A program made the translations under genes and the position numbers. From the human T2T-CHM13v2.0 reference genome, Homo sapiens: DNA of 64,000 nucleotides. The notes beneath the pieces were generated by a model. That model was not told where the DNA came from, ran no database searches, and was given only the letters and a program-made list of their open reading frames with translations. The DNA lies in assembly GCF_009914755.1 (NCBI RefSeq), contig NC_060931.1, one strand, 5' to 3'. Every line of letters starts with the position of its first letter. Position 1 is the stretch's first letter. Positions 45,529 to 58,307 of the stretch are shown piece after piece.

Positions 45529-46039
45529 AAGAAAGGGAGGTTTGAAAAAGTATTCACTAGCCAGTGTGGTTAACTATTTGTAGTAGGACTCTTTAGAATA
45601 GATGAAAATGTTAAGATTTTACTAAGATATTTACCATGACGATTGGTAAGGTTCTCCATCAATCAGTGGACTCATCTCACTCTGTAATTCATAGTTTTAA
45701 GAGTACGGGTTAAACCAATATCACTTAGGTAAAAAGCCAAAGCATGAGTCTATATGTTAAAATTTTCTTTGTTTTCCTAGAAATTCTCTGCAACCCCGAG
45801 CTTAAGTTTCCTAAAAACTATTTAAGAAAACTTAAAATTCTTCCTTTACCATAAATTTCAATGGGAAAGAATAAATGGGGAAAAATATAAATGAATAATT
45901 TCATGAGATTCACAGATTGTCTCAAAGCAGGGAGGGGTTTTTTTGGTATTTTTCCTTTATAACACTTTTTTAAAATGCTATAATATTACAAATGACTGTT
46001 CAGATACTGGTAAATGTTCTCTAATTTTTCAGAAAAATA

Positions 46040-47790
46040 AATGCCTTGTCAAACAGCAAAAACTTATTTATGTGGTACTAGCAATGAAAAATAAGAACTT
46101 ACCATTTAGAATAGGACCAAAAACATAAAATATTTTGGGATACATTTGATTAAAAATATAACAAAATACACTGAAAACTGGAATATTTTGCTGCAATATA
46201 TTAATTAAAGCAGATTTAAATAAATGGACAGACATATGGAGTATATGGATCAGAAGACTCAATATTTGTAATATGTATATGCTCCCCAAATTGTCTACAG
46301 ATTCGATACAATCCCAATCAGAATCCCAGCAGGAATTTTTGTAGAAATTGACAAGCTGATCCTAAAATTTATAGGTAAATGTAAAGGCCTCCAACAATCA
46401 AAACAATTTTGTAGAAAAAAAAGTTGAAGGATATATACTACCTAATTTCAAGGATTATTTTAAAACTACAATAATTTAAATAATATTGTGTTGGGGGAAA
46501 TGTGGTATTTCATTTGGAGAAAGAGGTCTTTTTAACAAAAGATAGTAGTACAATTGGCTAGCAATAGTCAAAACAAACAAAAAACAAAGAAACAAACATG
46601 AAACATTGACTCTACCTAATCATATGCCAAAATTTATCAAAATTTTATCATAGACCTAAACCCAAGAGCTAGGACTATAAAACTTCCAGAAGATGTAGAA
46701 GAATGAGTGCCTATGAGTTTGGAAGTAATTTCTTTAATACAACACAAAAGACATGCTCTATTAAAGAAAGAAAAAGAAATCCTAAATGAGACTTCATCAA
46801 ATTAAAAACATTTGCTCTTCAGAAGATACTGTTACAGAAAGAAGTAGCAAGCTATCAATTGAAAAAAAAAAAAAATCTGCATAACTCATATCAAACTAAG
46901 AGTCTGTATCCAAAACAGAGAAAGAACAACATTCAAGTCTCAATAAAAAAGAGAAATAAAAAGGAAAAACTATTTGAACAGATATTCCACCAAAGAGGTT
47001 GTACAGATGGCAAGTTAGCATGCGAAAAGATGCCTTTTAGGAATTGTGAATTAAATTTCAATATGATATCACTACATAACACTAGAATGACTAAAATGAG
47101 AAACCCCAACCATATCAACTGTCAATGAGAATATGAAACAACTGAAACATGGTATGCTACTGACGGCAATGTACATTTCTCCATCCACGTTAGAAAAGTG
47201 TGTAATTCCCTAAAATGTTAAGTATACATATGTCATGTGACTCAGGCATGCCATTCCTAGGTGGTATAGCTAGCTAGCTAGCAAGAAATGAAAGCATACA
47301 TCTGCACAAAAACTTCTACACAAATGTTCATGGAAGCTTTATTTCTAATGGCCAGAAGGCCAAAACAATTCAAATTTCCATCAAAAGACACACAGGTAAA
47401 CACATTGTGGTATATCCATAAAATGGAATATTATACAGCAATAAAAAAGAATAAACTACTAATGGAAAAAAAACATGAAAAAATCTTAAAGTAATCATGC
47501 TGATTGAAATAAGCCAGATTCCACTCAAAAAGAGACAGAATACACAGGTATGATTCCACTTATGTAAAATTACATAAAATGCAAACTAACTTACAGTGAC
47601 AGAAAGCAGTGCAGTTGTCGTTTAGTTGATATAAAGGTCAAAAAGAATATCTGGGGGATGGTGGATATGTTCATTATCTTGATTGTGTGGGATACATATG
47701 TTAAAACTCATCATCAATAACTGCACTTTAATTTTGTGTAGTTTAATAGATGTCAATTATACCTCAATAAGGCTGTAAAAAACTGAATTA
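46040..47790 (+). mobile_element. L1M (MB/MC/ME-type) 3' fragment
   Basis: Peptide LWYIHKMEYYTAIKKNKLL (47288-47494). 3' end gtcaattatacctcaataagg. Confidence 0.82.
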
Positions 47791-50483
47791 AAAATAAATC
47801 TAGGGGAAGAGAAGTCAGTATAGTGGTTATGCTTGGTGAACGTGGGTAGTCACTGGAAAAGGGAGAGGCATCTGGGGTTGTAGTCATACTCTGTTTCTTG
47901 ATTTGGATGCTAGTTGCACATGTGTGTTCACATTTTAAATTAATGGAGCTGATACATGTGTACTTTTTAAAATAAATCTTATTCTTCTTTAAACATTTTA
48001 CATTACAATAAATGTTTAAAGGAAGTTTTTCCTTCACAGTATAGACAAGACGAACATGAAACACACTACATAGCTTTTTGAAAAAAATGAATTGCAGATG
48101 GGAACAGGGGTAGGGAGAAATAAAAAGCACAGTCAGCTAATATCGACATCATGTTTTACTGAAGCATAACACAGACACTTCTCCCCAATTCCTGACTTTA
48201 TAGGAACCTTCATCTCATTTTATCACTATGAGTCCTTTTTAGAAACATCAATTTTTCTTATATTCCTTTCCTGTCATTTCTAAAAGTGGGCTTTTCAGAT
48301 ATCTTCTTCAGCAGCATATTAAGGAACTATGTGGTGAAAAAATATTCCATGGGCAAAAATGTCTGGAAAATTTGTATTGAACAAGCCTAAAAACTGTTTT
48401 CCTCCCTGCAGTATTTACATATGCAATTGTAATATGTTAAAATCTGCCATAAATCCCATACATAGCATATACAATGTTTTCCAAACTTATATTCACAGCC
48501 TCCTTTTGAGAATAGCATTTAATGTACTGATCCTCCAAAGAATACAAATTGCCGTTCCAGAAATTCAGTACCACCTGTGGTTATTTACTATTATAGTTAA
48601 CATGTATGCTCTCACATTACACCACATGGGTTTGAATCCTGACTCTGTCACTGTTTTTCTTGTGAACTTGAGTGCTGAGTTTTTCTCTGAAAAGGATGAT
48701 GAAGATATGGTTGTTGTGGAGATACAATGACTAAACACATGTAAAATATTTAGAAGAGCTAAATGCTGCTCTAAATATTTTCACTGCTACACAGTGAGCA
48801 TTAAGGAGTTAACAATTAATATTAAGATAGACTGCAACTCAGGGTCCATCTTTCTGCTCATTGATCCAGCAAAATCTGGCAACAGAATTACGTGAGATGC
48901 TGTATTTATAATCACCACCATTAGTATGCATGGTTAAATCATAAATTTCTTGAGGGCAGAGATCGCATCTGTCCATCATCCTCCTTTTTGAGGGTTAGAG
49001 TTTGGCTTAATCAGCCTCTGCCTCGTAGGAACTCTGGAATGTCCAGCGGTCCAATTAGCATAACAGAATCCAGGCCCTTTGGAATGATTGTGAAGTGAAT
49101 CTTAAACCAAGATCAACAAGACTAAGAAGATGTGTCAGCAAAAGGTGGTAGAAGCCTTTGTAATAGGGCTTTACTTGAGACTTGAGTGATGCAGGTGGAG
49201 TCCTTAAGTCAGAATTCCACTCAGCAGACCTTCACATTAGAGGATCCTTGAAACCAAGCATAGGGTGAGGAGGTCAGGGATCTTCGAATCACCTTAGTGA
49301 GACTGAAGATTGGAGTCAAATGCTTCACTGTTTGTTACTTAAGCGCTTGATTTTCCTGAGGTTAACGCGATAAGGACATGAGGGTTTTATGTTTATCCTC
49401 CACAGTGCCTAGCACATACAAGCACATAGCCAGTGTTAGTGAATGTGTTCTTTTGAGCATGTAGTATGATCAGAAATTGCAGTGACAGTGGCAGAACTGA
49501 CACTCTTACTCTCCCACTCCAACTGCAGAAGGAAAGAAAACGGAGAAACAAGAAACAGTAAACACATAAACTGAGAGAAAGGAAGAATTTTCCATCAGGC
49601 AAAGCAAAGTTTATTCTTAAAAAGAAACATGCATTATATCTCAAAGAACAGAGAAACAAGATAGGGTATTTAAGGGTTAATTTGTGTGAGCAAAGTGCTC
49701 TGAAACCATGGGTATGAAACCACATCAATGCAGTCTCACCATGGCTGCCTGCCGCATTGTGCAGCTGCTATTTTTAGCCAACATTCATACTGCTCTGGGT
49801 CAGAGTGGGGGACTTCTGTGCAGAGAAGAATGAATTGCTTGCAGCAAGCCAAGTTTTGAGGAGTAATTATTTGTGCTATAATGTACAGTCAGGGCCAGCT
49901 CCATGCCACACACTGAAAACTAAGTCTTCCAGGAAGTACAAATAGGCAGGTCTTCAGTGGCTGCTTATGGCTTCTAGCACTAATGATACTTGGCAGTGCT
50001 GCCAGGATGATCAAGAATTAATTGATTTGTTGTGAACTCTACCAAAGGTTAGCACCGAGTCTGATGTTATACAATGTAGATACATTTTCAAAGTACTTCA
50101 TGATCATTAATTATTTTTTTTGTCTCAATGTTCCAAGGAAGTAAAAATTAGTTTTCGTTATAATTTTAATGTTATCTTTTCAACTTTATATTTATTAACC
50201 TTAGACTTTCTAGTAAGAGCAAATGCTCTTTCACAAATTTCTTGTTACAAGAGATACAGTAAGTAACAATTCAGTTTTTATTTACTAATAGCTGTTTTCT
50301 AAAGCAGGTACCAAATCTCTTTCTTTTTACTTTCCTATTACCCAAGGGTGCCTGTGCCTGACCAACACTAACTTTCTATACCTATCAGATAAATCCTAAG
50401 AGGCCAAGATATACTTCACCCCGAATATGGATCCAGTTTTAAGGAAGTCAGAGTCACAACTTCCGTTTTTCAAAGCAATAATG

Positions 50484-50800
50484 GATTGAGCACAGAGTCT
50501 CACGCCTGTAATCCCAATACTTTTGGAGGCCAAGGCGAGAGAATTACTTGAGATCAGGAGATCAAGACCAGCCTGGACAACATACCAAGACCCTTTCTAT
50601 ACAAACAACTTAAAAATTAGCCTAGTGTGGTGTTATGCATCTGTAGTCTCAGGTACCGTGGAGGCTGAGATGGGAGGATCACTTGAACTCAGGAGTTCAA
50701 GGCTGCCGTGAGCTGTGGTTGTTTTACCATACTCTAGCCTGGATGACAGAGTGAAATCCTGTCTCTAAGGATAATAATGATAATGATAATTATAATAAAT
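50484..50800 (+). mobile_element. AluJ (diverged) with trinucleotide tail
   Basis: cacgcctgtaatccca...gggaggatcacttgaactcaggagttcaaggctgc. Confidence 0.88.
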
Positions 50801-52371
50801 CATTAACTGAACTCCCAGAAAACACTAGAAACAGTATATATTATTTGTTGAGGGTTTTTCAACTATAAAATTATTACTATTTATTATTAGGAAATCAGAA
50901 AAAATTACTACTCAATACTTGAATATATATTTCCATTTTTATGCATTTGTTTGTATTATCGCCAATTTTTTAAACTTGATTTTTTATTTGATATTTTGTG
51001 AGCTTTTCTCTGTATGTTAAACAGCCTCAGAAAACATGATGTTGGGTCTTAATTTTTAATACAGCATTATCATGATTTATTTAGCCAATCTCTTATTTTA
51101 CCTAGTTTTTTATTTTTCTTTCTAATCTTTTAGCATGTATAATATTGTAATGCATATCCTCATAGTAATACATTTAAGTATACCTCTGACTTCTTTAGCA
51201 TACATTTCAAAGAATAAAGCTATTGTGTCAAACATTTTTAAACTTTAATATATATTGTTTCGTTTCTAAGATCACTTCCCATTTTTTATTTAAATCTAAT
51301 TCTAGACTCATCTTAAATGGTTCAAGTAATCTTAGCTTACTGACTTTAGCTTTACTTACAGTGAGAGAGGTTGATATTATAAGGCTTTAAAATTTATATA
51401 GTGAATTGTGTATATATTTTTTCACAGTAATTTCTTTTTTTGCTTTCATGCTTCTATCCTCTTTTTTAACCATTGATGTTGGGCCTAGAGGTGGGTTGCT
51501 GGACAACTAAAACCTAAGACATCAACTGTTGAGTTTTGGGACAAGACACAAGCACAGACTCTTAGTGAAAGCTTAAAGTACAGTGAAGAAATATTATTAC
51601 AGGCTGGAAAAAAAAAGAAAACAAGTTATTTTGGCAAAACAACCAGCATTGTCTGCAATAACATGGGCTATATAAAGGGCACTTCAGGAACTTATGGTTT
51701 TGGCTAAGAAGTTTTCCAGTCAGAATGCTGGAAAAAGCTTCTTCTAGTGAAATAGAAGAACAGCAAGATAAGTTAAAAAAAAAAAAAAAGAATGAAAAAG
51801 AATTTTTCAATTTTCAAGCAGAATTTACAGAAAATATGAAGGGGCCAGCACTAGTTTTTTTTTTCATGAATAAAACTATTCTTTTCAGACATGAAAAGAC
51901 TTATTACAGTAAAAAATGGCTACAGGGCAAACATCAAAGCAAGGGCATTTCCATTAAAACTTGCCCTCAATATAAAGTTCATATCAAGTTTATGACTATA
52001 AGATCCTTTGCTGAGACCTCAGAAATACTTAAAGTTCCACACAGACCCTCTCAACTACTCAACAGGGCTTTTAAAAATCTTAAGGGGGCGGTTCCAAGAT
52101 GGCCAAATAGGAGCAGCTCCAGTCTACAGCTCCCAGCGTGAGCGACGCAGAAGACGGGTTATTTCTGCATTTCCAACTTAGGTACCAGGTTCATCGCGCA
52201 GGGTCTTGTCGGACAGTGAGGGCAGGACAGTGGGGGCAGGACAGTGGGTGGAGCCCACTGAGTGTGAGCCAAAGCAGGGTGTGGCACTGCCTCCCAGGGA
52301 AGTGCAAGGGGTCAGGGAATTCCCTTTCCTAGCCAAGGGAAGCAGTGACGGACAGCACATGGAACACAGGA

Positions 52372-52539
52372 TCACTCCCACCCTAATACTGCGCTTTTCA
52401 AAAGACGGCACACCAGGAGATTATATCCCACGCCTGGCTCAGAGGGTCCCACGCCCACAGAGCCTTGCTCATTGCTAGCACAGCAGTCTGAGATCGAACT
52501 GCAAGGTGGCAGTGAGGCTGGGAGAGGGGTGCTCCCCAT
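52372..52539 (-). pseudogene. ORF0: L1 ORF0 homolog, frameshifted near the C-terminus
   Basis: MGSTPLPASLPPCSSISDCCASNEQGSVGVGPSEPGVGYNLLVCR; the EKRSIRVGV continuation lies in another frame (52178-52411 ORF). Confidence 0.75.
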
Positions 52540-53113
52540 TGCTGAGGCTTGAGTAGGTAAACAAAGCAGCTGGGAAGCTTGAACTGGGTGGAGCCCCCTG
52601 CAGCTCAAGGAGGCCTGCCTGCCTCCTTAGACTCCACCTCTGGGGACAGGGCATAGCTGGAAAAAAGGCAGCAGAAACCTCTACAGACTTAAATATCCCT
52701 GTATGACACCTTTGAAGAGTGTACTGGTTCTCCCAGCATAGAGTTTGAGATCTGAGAATGGACAGATTGCCTCCTCAAGTGGGTCCCTGACCCCTGAGTA
52801 GCCTAACTGGGAGGCACTCTCCAATAGGAGCAGACTGACACTTCACATGGCTGGGTACTCCTCTGAGACGAAGCTTCCAGAGGAATGATCAGGCAGCAAC
52901 ATTTGCTGTCCAGCAATATTCGCTGTTCTGCAGCCTCCGCTGCAGATACCCAGACAAACAGGGTCTGGAGTGGACCTCCAGCAAACTCCAACAGACCTGC
53001 AGCTGAGACTCCTGACTGTTAGAAGGAAAACTAACAAACAGAAAGGACATCCACACCAAAACCCATCTGTACGTCACCATCATCAAAGACCAAAGGTAGA
53101 TAAAACCACAAAG

Positions 53114-54130
53114 ATGGGGAAAAACAGAGCAGAAAAGCTGAAAATTCTAAAAATCAGAGTGCCTCTCCCCCTCCAAAGGAACCCAGCTCCTCACCAGCAA
53201 TGGACCAAAGCTGGATGAAGAATGACTTTGACGAGTTGAGAGAAGAAGGCTTCAGATGATCAAACTTCTCCTAGCTAAAAGAGGAAGTTCGAACCCATCA
53301 CAAAGAAGCTAAAAACCTTGAAAAAAGATTAGCCAAATGGCTAACTAGAATAACCAGTGTAGAAAAGCCCTTAAATGACCTGATGGAGCTGAAAACCATG
53401 GCACGAGAACTATGACATGAATGCACAAGCTTCAGTAGCTGATTAAATCAACAAGAAGAAAGGGTATCAGTGATTGAAGATCAAATGAATGAAACGAAGT
53501 GAGAAGAGAAGTTTAGAGAAAAAAGAGTAAAAAGAAATGAACAAAGCCTCCAAGAAATATGGGACTAACTGAATAGACCAAATCTACGTCTGACTGGTGT
53601 ACCTGAAAGTGAAGGGGAGAATGGAACGAAGTTGGAAAACACTCTGCAGGATATTATCCAGGAGAACATTCCCAACCTGGCAAGGCAGGCTAACATTCAA
53701 ATGCAAGAAATACAGAGAACGCCACAAAGATACTCCTCGAGAAGAGCAACTCCAAGACACATAATTGTCAGATTCACCAATGTTGAAATGAAGGAAAAAA
53801 TGTTAAGGGCAGCCAGAGACAAAGGTCAGGTTACCCACAAAGGGAAGCCCATCAGACTAACAGCGGATCTTTCAGCAGAAACTCTACAGGCCAGAAGAGA
53901 GTGGGGGCCAATTATTCAACATTCTTAAAGAAAAGAATTTTCAACCCAGAATTTCATATGCAGCCAAACTAAGCTTCATAAGTGAAGGAGAAATAAAATC
54001 CTTTACAGACAAGCAAATGCTGAGAGCCTTTGTCACCACCAGGCCTGCCCTACAAGAGCTCTTGAAGGAAGGACTAAACATGGAAAGGAACAACTGGTAC
54101 CAGCCACTGCAAAAATATGCCAAATTGTAA
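53114..54130 (+). pseudogene. ORF1: L1 ORF1p, disrupted
   Basis: ATG at aagatgggg; peptide TPQRYSSRRATPRHIIVRFT; ends gccaaattgtaa; several stops and frameshifts. Confidence 0.92.
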
Positions 54131-54193
54131 AGACCATTGATGCTAGCAAGAAACTGCATCAACTAACAAGCAAAATAACCAGTTAACATCACA

Positions 54194-57100
54194 ATGACAG
54201 GATCAAATTCACACATAACAACATTAACCTTAAATGTAAATGGGCTAAATGCTCCAATTAAAAGACACAGACTGGCAAATTGGATAAAGAGGCAAGACCT
54301 ATCAGTGTGCTGTATTCAGGAGACCCATCTCACACGCAGAGACACACATAGGCTCAAAATAAAGGGATGGAGGAAGATCTACCAAGCAAATGGAAAACAA
54401 AAAAAAGGCAGGGGTTGAATCCTAGTCTCTGATAAAACAGACTTTAAACCAATAAAGATCAAAAGAGACAAAGAAGGCCATTACATAATGGTAAAGGGAT
54501 CAATTCAACAAGAAGAGCTAACTATCCTAAATATATATGCACCCAATACAGGAGCACCCAGATTCATAAAGACCTACAAAGAGACTTAGACTCCCACACA
54601 ATAATAATGGGAGACTTTAACACCCCACTGTCAACATTAGACAGATCAACAAGACAGAAAGTTTACAAGGATATCCAGGAATTAAACACAGCTCTGCACC
54701 AAGCGGACCTAATAGACATCTACAGAACTCTCTACCCCACGTCAACAGAATATACATTTTCAGAATATACATTTTTCTCAGCACCACATCACACTTATTC
54801 CAAAATTGACCACTTAGTTGGAAGTAAAGCACTCCTTAGCAAATGTAAAAGAACAGAAATTATAACAAACTGTCTCTCAGACCACAGTGCAATCAAACTA
54901 GAACTCAGGATTAAGAAATTCACTCAAAACCACTCAACTACATGGAAACTGAACAACCTGCTCCTGAACAACTACTGGGTACATAACGAAATGAAGGCAG
55001 ACATAAAGATGTTCTTTGAAATGAATGAGAACAAAGACACAACATACCAGAATCTCTGGGACACATTTAAAGCAGCATGTAAAGGGAAATTTATAGCACT
55101 AAATGCCCACAAGAGAAAGCAGGAAAGATCTAAAATTGACACCCTAACATCACAATTAAAAGAACTAGAGAAGCAAGAGCAAACACGTTCAAAAGCTAGC
55201 AGAAAGCAAGAAATAACTAAGATCAGAGAAGAACTGACGGAGATAGAGACACAAAAAACCCTTCAAAAAATCAAGGAATCCAGGAGCTGGTTTTTTGAAA
55301 AGATCAACAAAATTGATAGACCACTAGCAAGACTAATAAAGAAGAAAAGAGAAGAATCAAATAGACAGAATAAAAAATGATAAAGGGGATATCACCACTG
55401 ATCCCACAGAAATACAAACTACCATCAGAGAATACTATAAACACGTCTATGCAAATAAACTAGAAAATCTAGAAGAAATGGATAAATTCCTGGACACATA
55501 CACCCTCACAAGACTAAACCAGGAAGAAGTTGAATCCCTGCATAGGCCAATAACAGGCTCTGAAATTGAGGCAATAATTAATAGCCTACGAACCCAAAAA
55601 AGTCCAGGAACAGATGGATTCACAGCCAAATTCTACCAGAGTTACAAAGAGGAGCTGGTACCATTCCTTCTGAAACTATTCCAATCAATAGAAAAAGATG
55701 GAATCCTCCCTAACTCATTTTATGAGGCCAGCATCATCCTGATACCAAAGCCTGGCAGAGACACAACAAAAAAAGAGGATTTTAGACCAATATCCCTGAA
55801 GAACATCGATACAAAAATCCTCAGTAAAATACTGGCAAACCAAATCCAGCAGCACATCAAAAAACTTATCCACCATGATGAAGTGGGCTTCATTCCTGTG
55901 ATGCAAGGCTGGTTCAACATATGCAAATCAATAAACATAATCCATCATATAAACAGAACCAAAGACAAAAACCACATGATTATCTCAACAGATGCAGAAA
56001 AGACCTTTGACAAAATTCAACAGTGCTTCATGCTAAAAACTCTCCATAAATTAGGTATTGATGGGACGTATCTCAAAATAATGAGCTATTTATGACAAAC
56101 CCACAGCCAATATCATAGTGAATGGGCAAAAACTGGAAGCATTCCCTTTGAAAACTGGCACAAGACAAGGATGCCCTCTCTCACCACTCCTATTCAACAT
56201 AGTGTTGGAATTTCTGGCCAGGGCAATCAGGCAGGAGAAAGAAATAAAGGGTATTCAATTAGGAAAAGAGGAAATCAAATTGTTCCTGTTGGCTGATGAC
56301 ACGATTGTGTGTTTAGAAAACCCCCTCATCTCAGCCCAAAATCTCCTTAAACTGATAAGCAACTTCAGCAAAGTCTCAAGACACAAAATCAGTGTGCAAA
56401 AACCACAAGCATTCTTATACACCAATAACAGACAAATAGAGAGCCAAATCATGAGTGAACTCCCATTCACAATTGCTTCAAAGAAAATAAAATACCTAGG
56501 AATCCAACTTACAAGGGATGTGAAGGACCTCTTCAAGGAGAACTACAAACCACTGCTCAATGAAATAAAAGAGTACACAAACAAATGGAAGAACATTCCA
56601 TGCTCATGGATAGGAAGAATCAATATCATGAAAATGGCCATATGGCCCAAGGTAACTTATAGATTCAGTGCCATCCCCATCAAGCTACCAATGACTTTCT
56701 TCACAGAATTGGAAAAAACTACTTTAAAGTTCATATGGAACCAAAAAAGGGCCCACATCACCAAGACAATCCTAAGCCAAAAGAATAAGGCTGCAGGCAT
56801 CACGCTACCTGACTTCAAACTATACTACAAGTCTACAGTATCCTAAACAGCATGGTACTGGTACCAAAACAGAGACATAGTCCAATGGAACAGAACAGAG
56901 CCCTCAGAAATAATACCACACATCTACAACCATCTGATCTTTGACAAACCTGACAAAAACAAGAAATGGGCTAAGGAGTCCCTGTTTAATAAATGATGCT
57001 GGGAAAACTGACTAACCATATGTAGAAAGCTGAAACTGGATCCCTTCCTTACACCTTATACAAAAATTAATTCAAGATGGCTTAAAGACTTAAATGTTAG

Positions 57101-58019
57101 ACCTAAAACCATAAAAACCCTAGAAGAAAACCTAGGCAATACCATTCAGGACATAGGCATGGACAAGGGCTTCATGTCTAAAACACCAAAAGCAATGGCA
57201 ACAAAAGCCAAAATTGACAAATGAGATCTAATTAAACTAAAGAGCTTCTGCACAGCAAAAGAAACTACCATGAGAGTAAACAGGCAACCTACAGAATGGG
57301 AGACAATTTTTGCAATCTACTCATCTGACAAAGGGCTAATTTCCAGAATCTACAAAGAACTCAAATAAATTCACAAGAAAAAAACAAACAACCCCATCAA
57401 AAAGTGGGCAAAGGACATGAACAGACACTTCTCAAAAGAAGACATTTATGCAGCCAAAAAACACATGAAAAAATACTCACCATCACTGGCCATCAGAGAA
57501 ATGCAAATCAAAACCACAATGAGATATCATCTCACACCAGTTAGAATGGCAATCATTAAAAAGTCAGGAAACAACAGGTGCTGGAGAGGATGTGGAGAAA
57601 TAGGAACACTTTTACACTGTTGGTGGGACTGTAAACTAGTTCAACCATTGTGGAAGTCAGTGTGGCGATTCCTCAGGGATCTAGAACTAGAAATACCATT
57701 TGACCCAGACATCCCATTACTGGGTATATACCCAAAGGACTATAAATCATGCTGCTATAAAGACACATGCACACGTATGTTTATTGCAGCACTATTCACA
57801 ATAGCAAAGACTTGGAACCAACCCAAATGTCCAACAATGATAGACTGGATTAAGAAAATGTGGCATATATACACCATGGAATACTATGCAGCCATAAAAA
57901 ATGATGAGTTCATGTCCTTTGTAGGGACATGGATGAAACTGGAAATCATCACTCTCAGTAAACTATTGCAAGAACAAAAAACCAAACACCGCATATTCTC
58001 ACTCATAGGTGGGAATTGA
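54194..58019 (+). pseudogene. ORF2: L1 ORF2p (EN/RT), disrupted
   Basis: MTGSNSHITTLTLNVNGLN...; RT motif altered to LADDT; ends IFSLIGGN; broken into at least five ORFs. Confidence 0.95.
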
Positions 58020-58307
58020 ACAATGAGAACACATGGACACAGGAAGGGGAACATCACACTCTGGGGACTGTTGTGGGGTAGGGGGAGGGGGGAGGGATAG
58101 CATTGGGAGATATACCTAATGCTAGATGACGAGTTAGTGGGTGCAGCGCACCAGCATGGCACATGTATACATATGTAACTAACCTGCACATTGTGCACAT
58201 GTACCCTAAAACTTTAAGTATAATAAAAAAAAAAAAAAAAGCAAAAAAGCAAAAAAAAAAAAAAAAAAAAAATGAAGGGTTGGACAGCAAATTTTTCGGC
58301 AGCAGCT

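Larger units (their letters stand above)
52084..58272 (+). mobile_element. Full-length-sized L1PA (6.19 kb), inactive, apparently chimeric
   Basis: Starts gggggcggttccaagatggcc (YY1 site). 5'UTR, ORF1, spacer, ORF2, 3'UTR and long A-tail all present. No TSD. Confidence 0.96.

Noticed and set aside
47753-48730. 125-aa and 123-aa ORFs
   Set aside because: They overlap L1ME and MIR relics, and their composition is typical of AT-rich non-coding DNA
51725-52141. 138-aa ORF running into the L1 5'UTR
   Set aside because: It crosses A and T homopolymers (KKKKKK, FFF), has no recognisable domain and ends in L1 UTR sequence, so it is a chance ORF
54194-58019. Active L1 or domesticated reverse transcriptase
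   Set aside because: Multiple stops and frameshifts, and the RT motif is altered; it cannot encode full ORF2p
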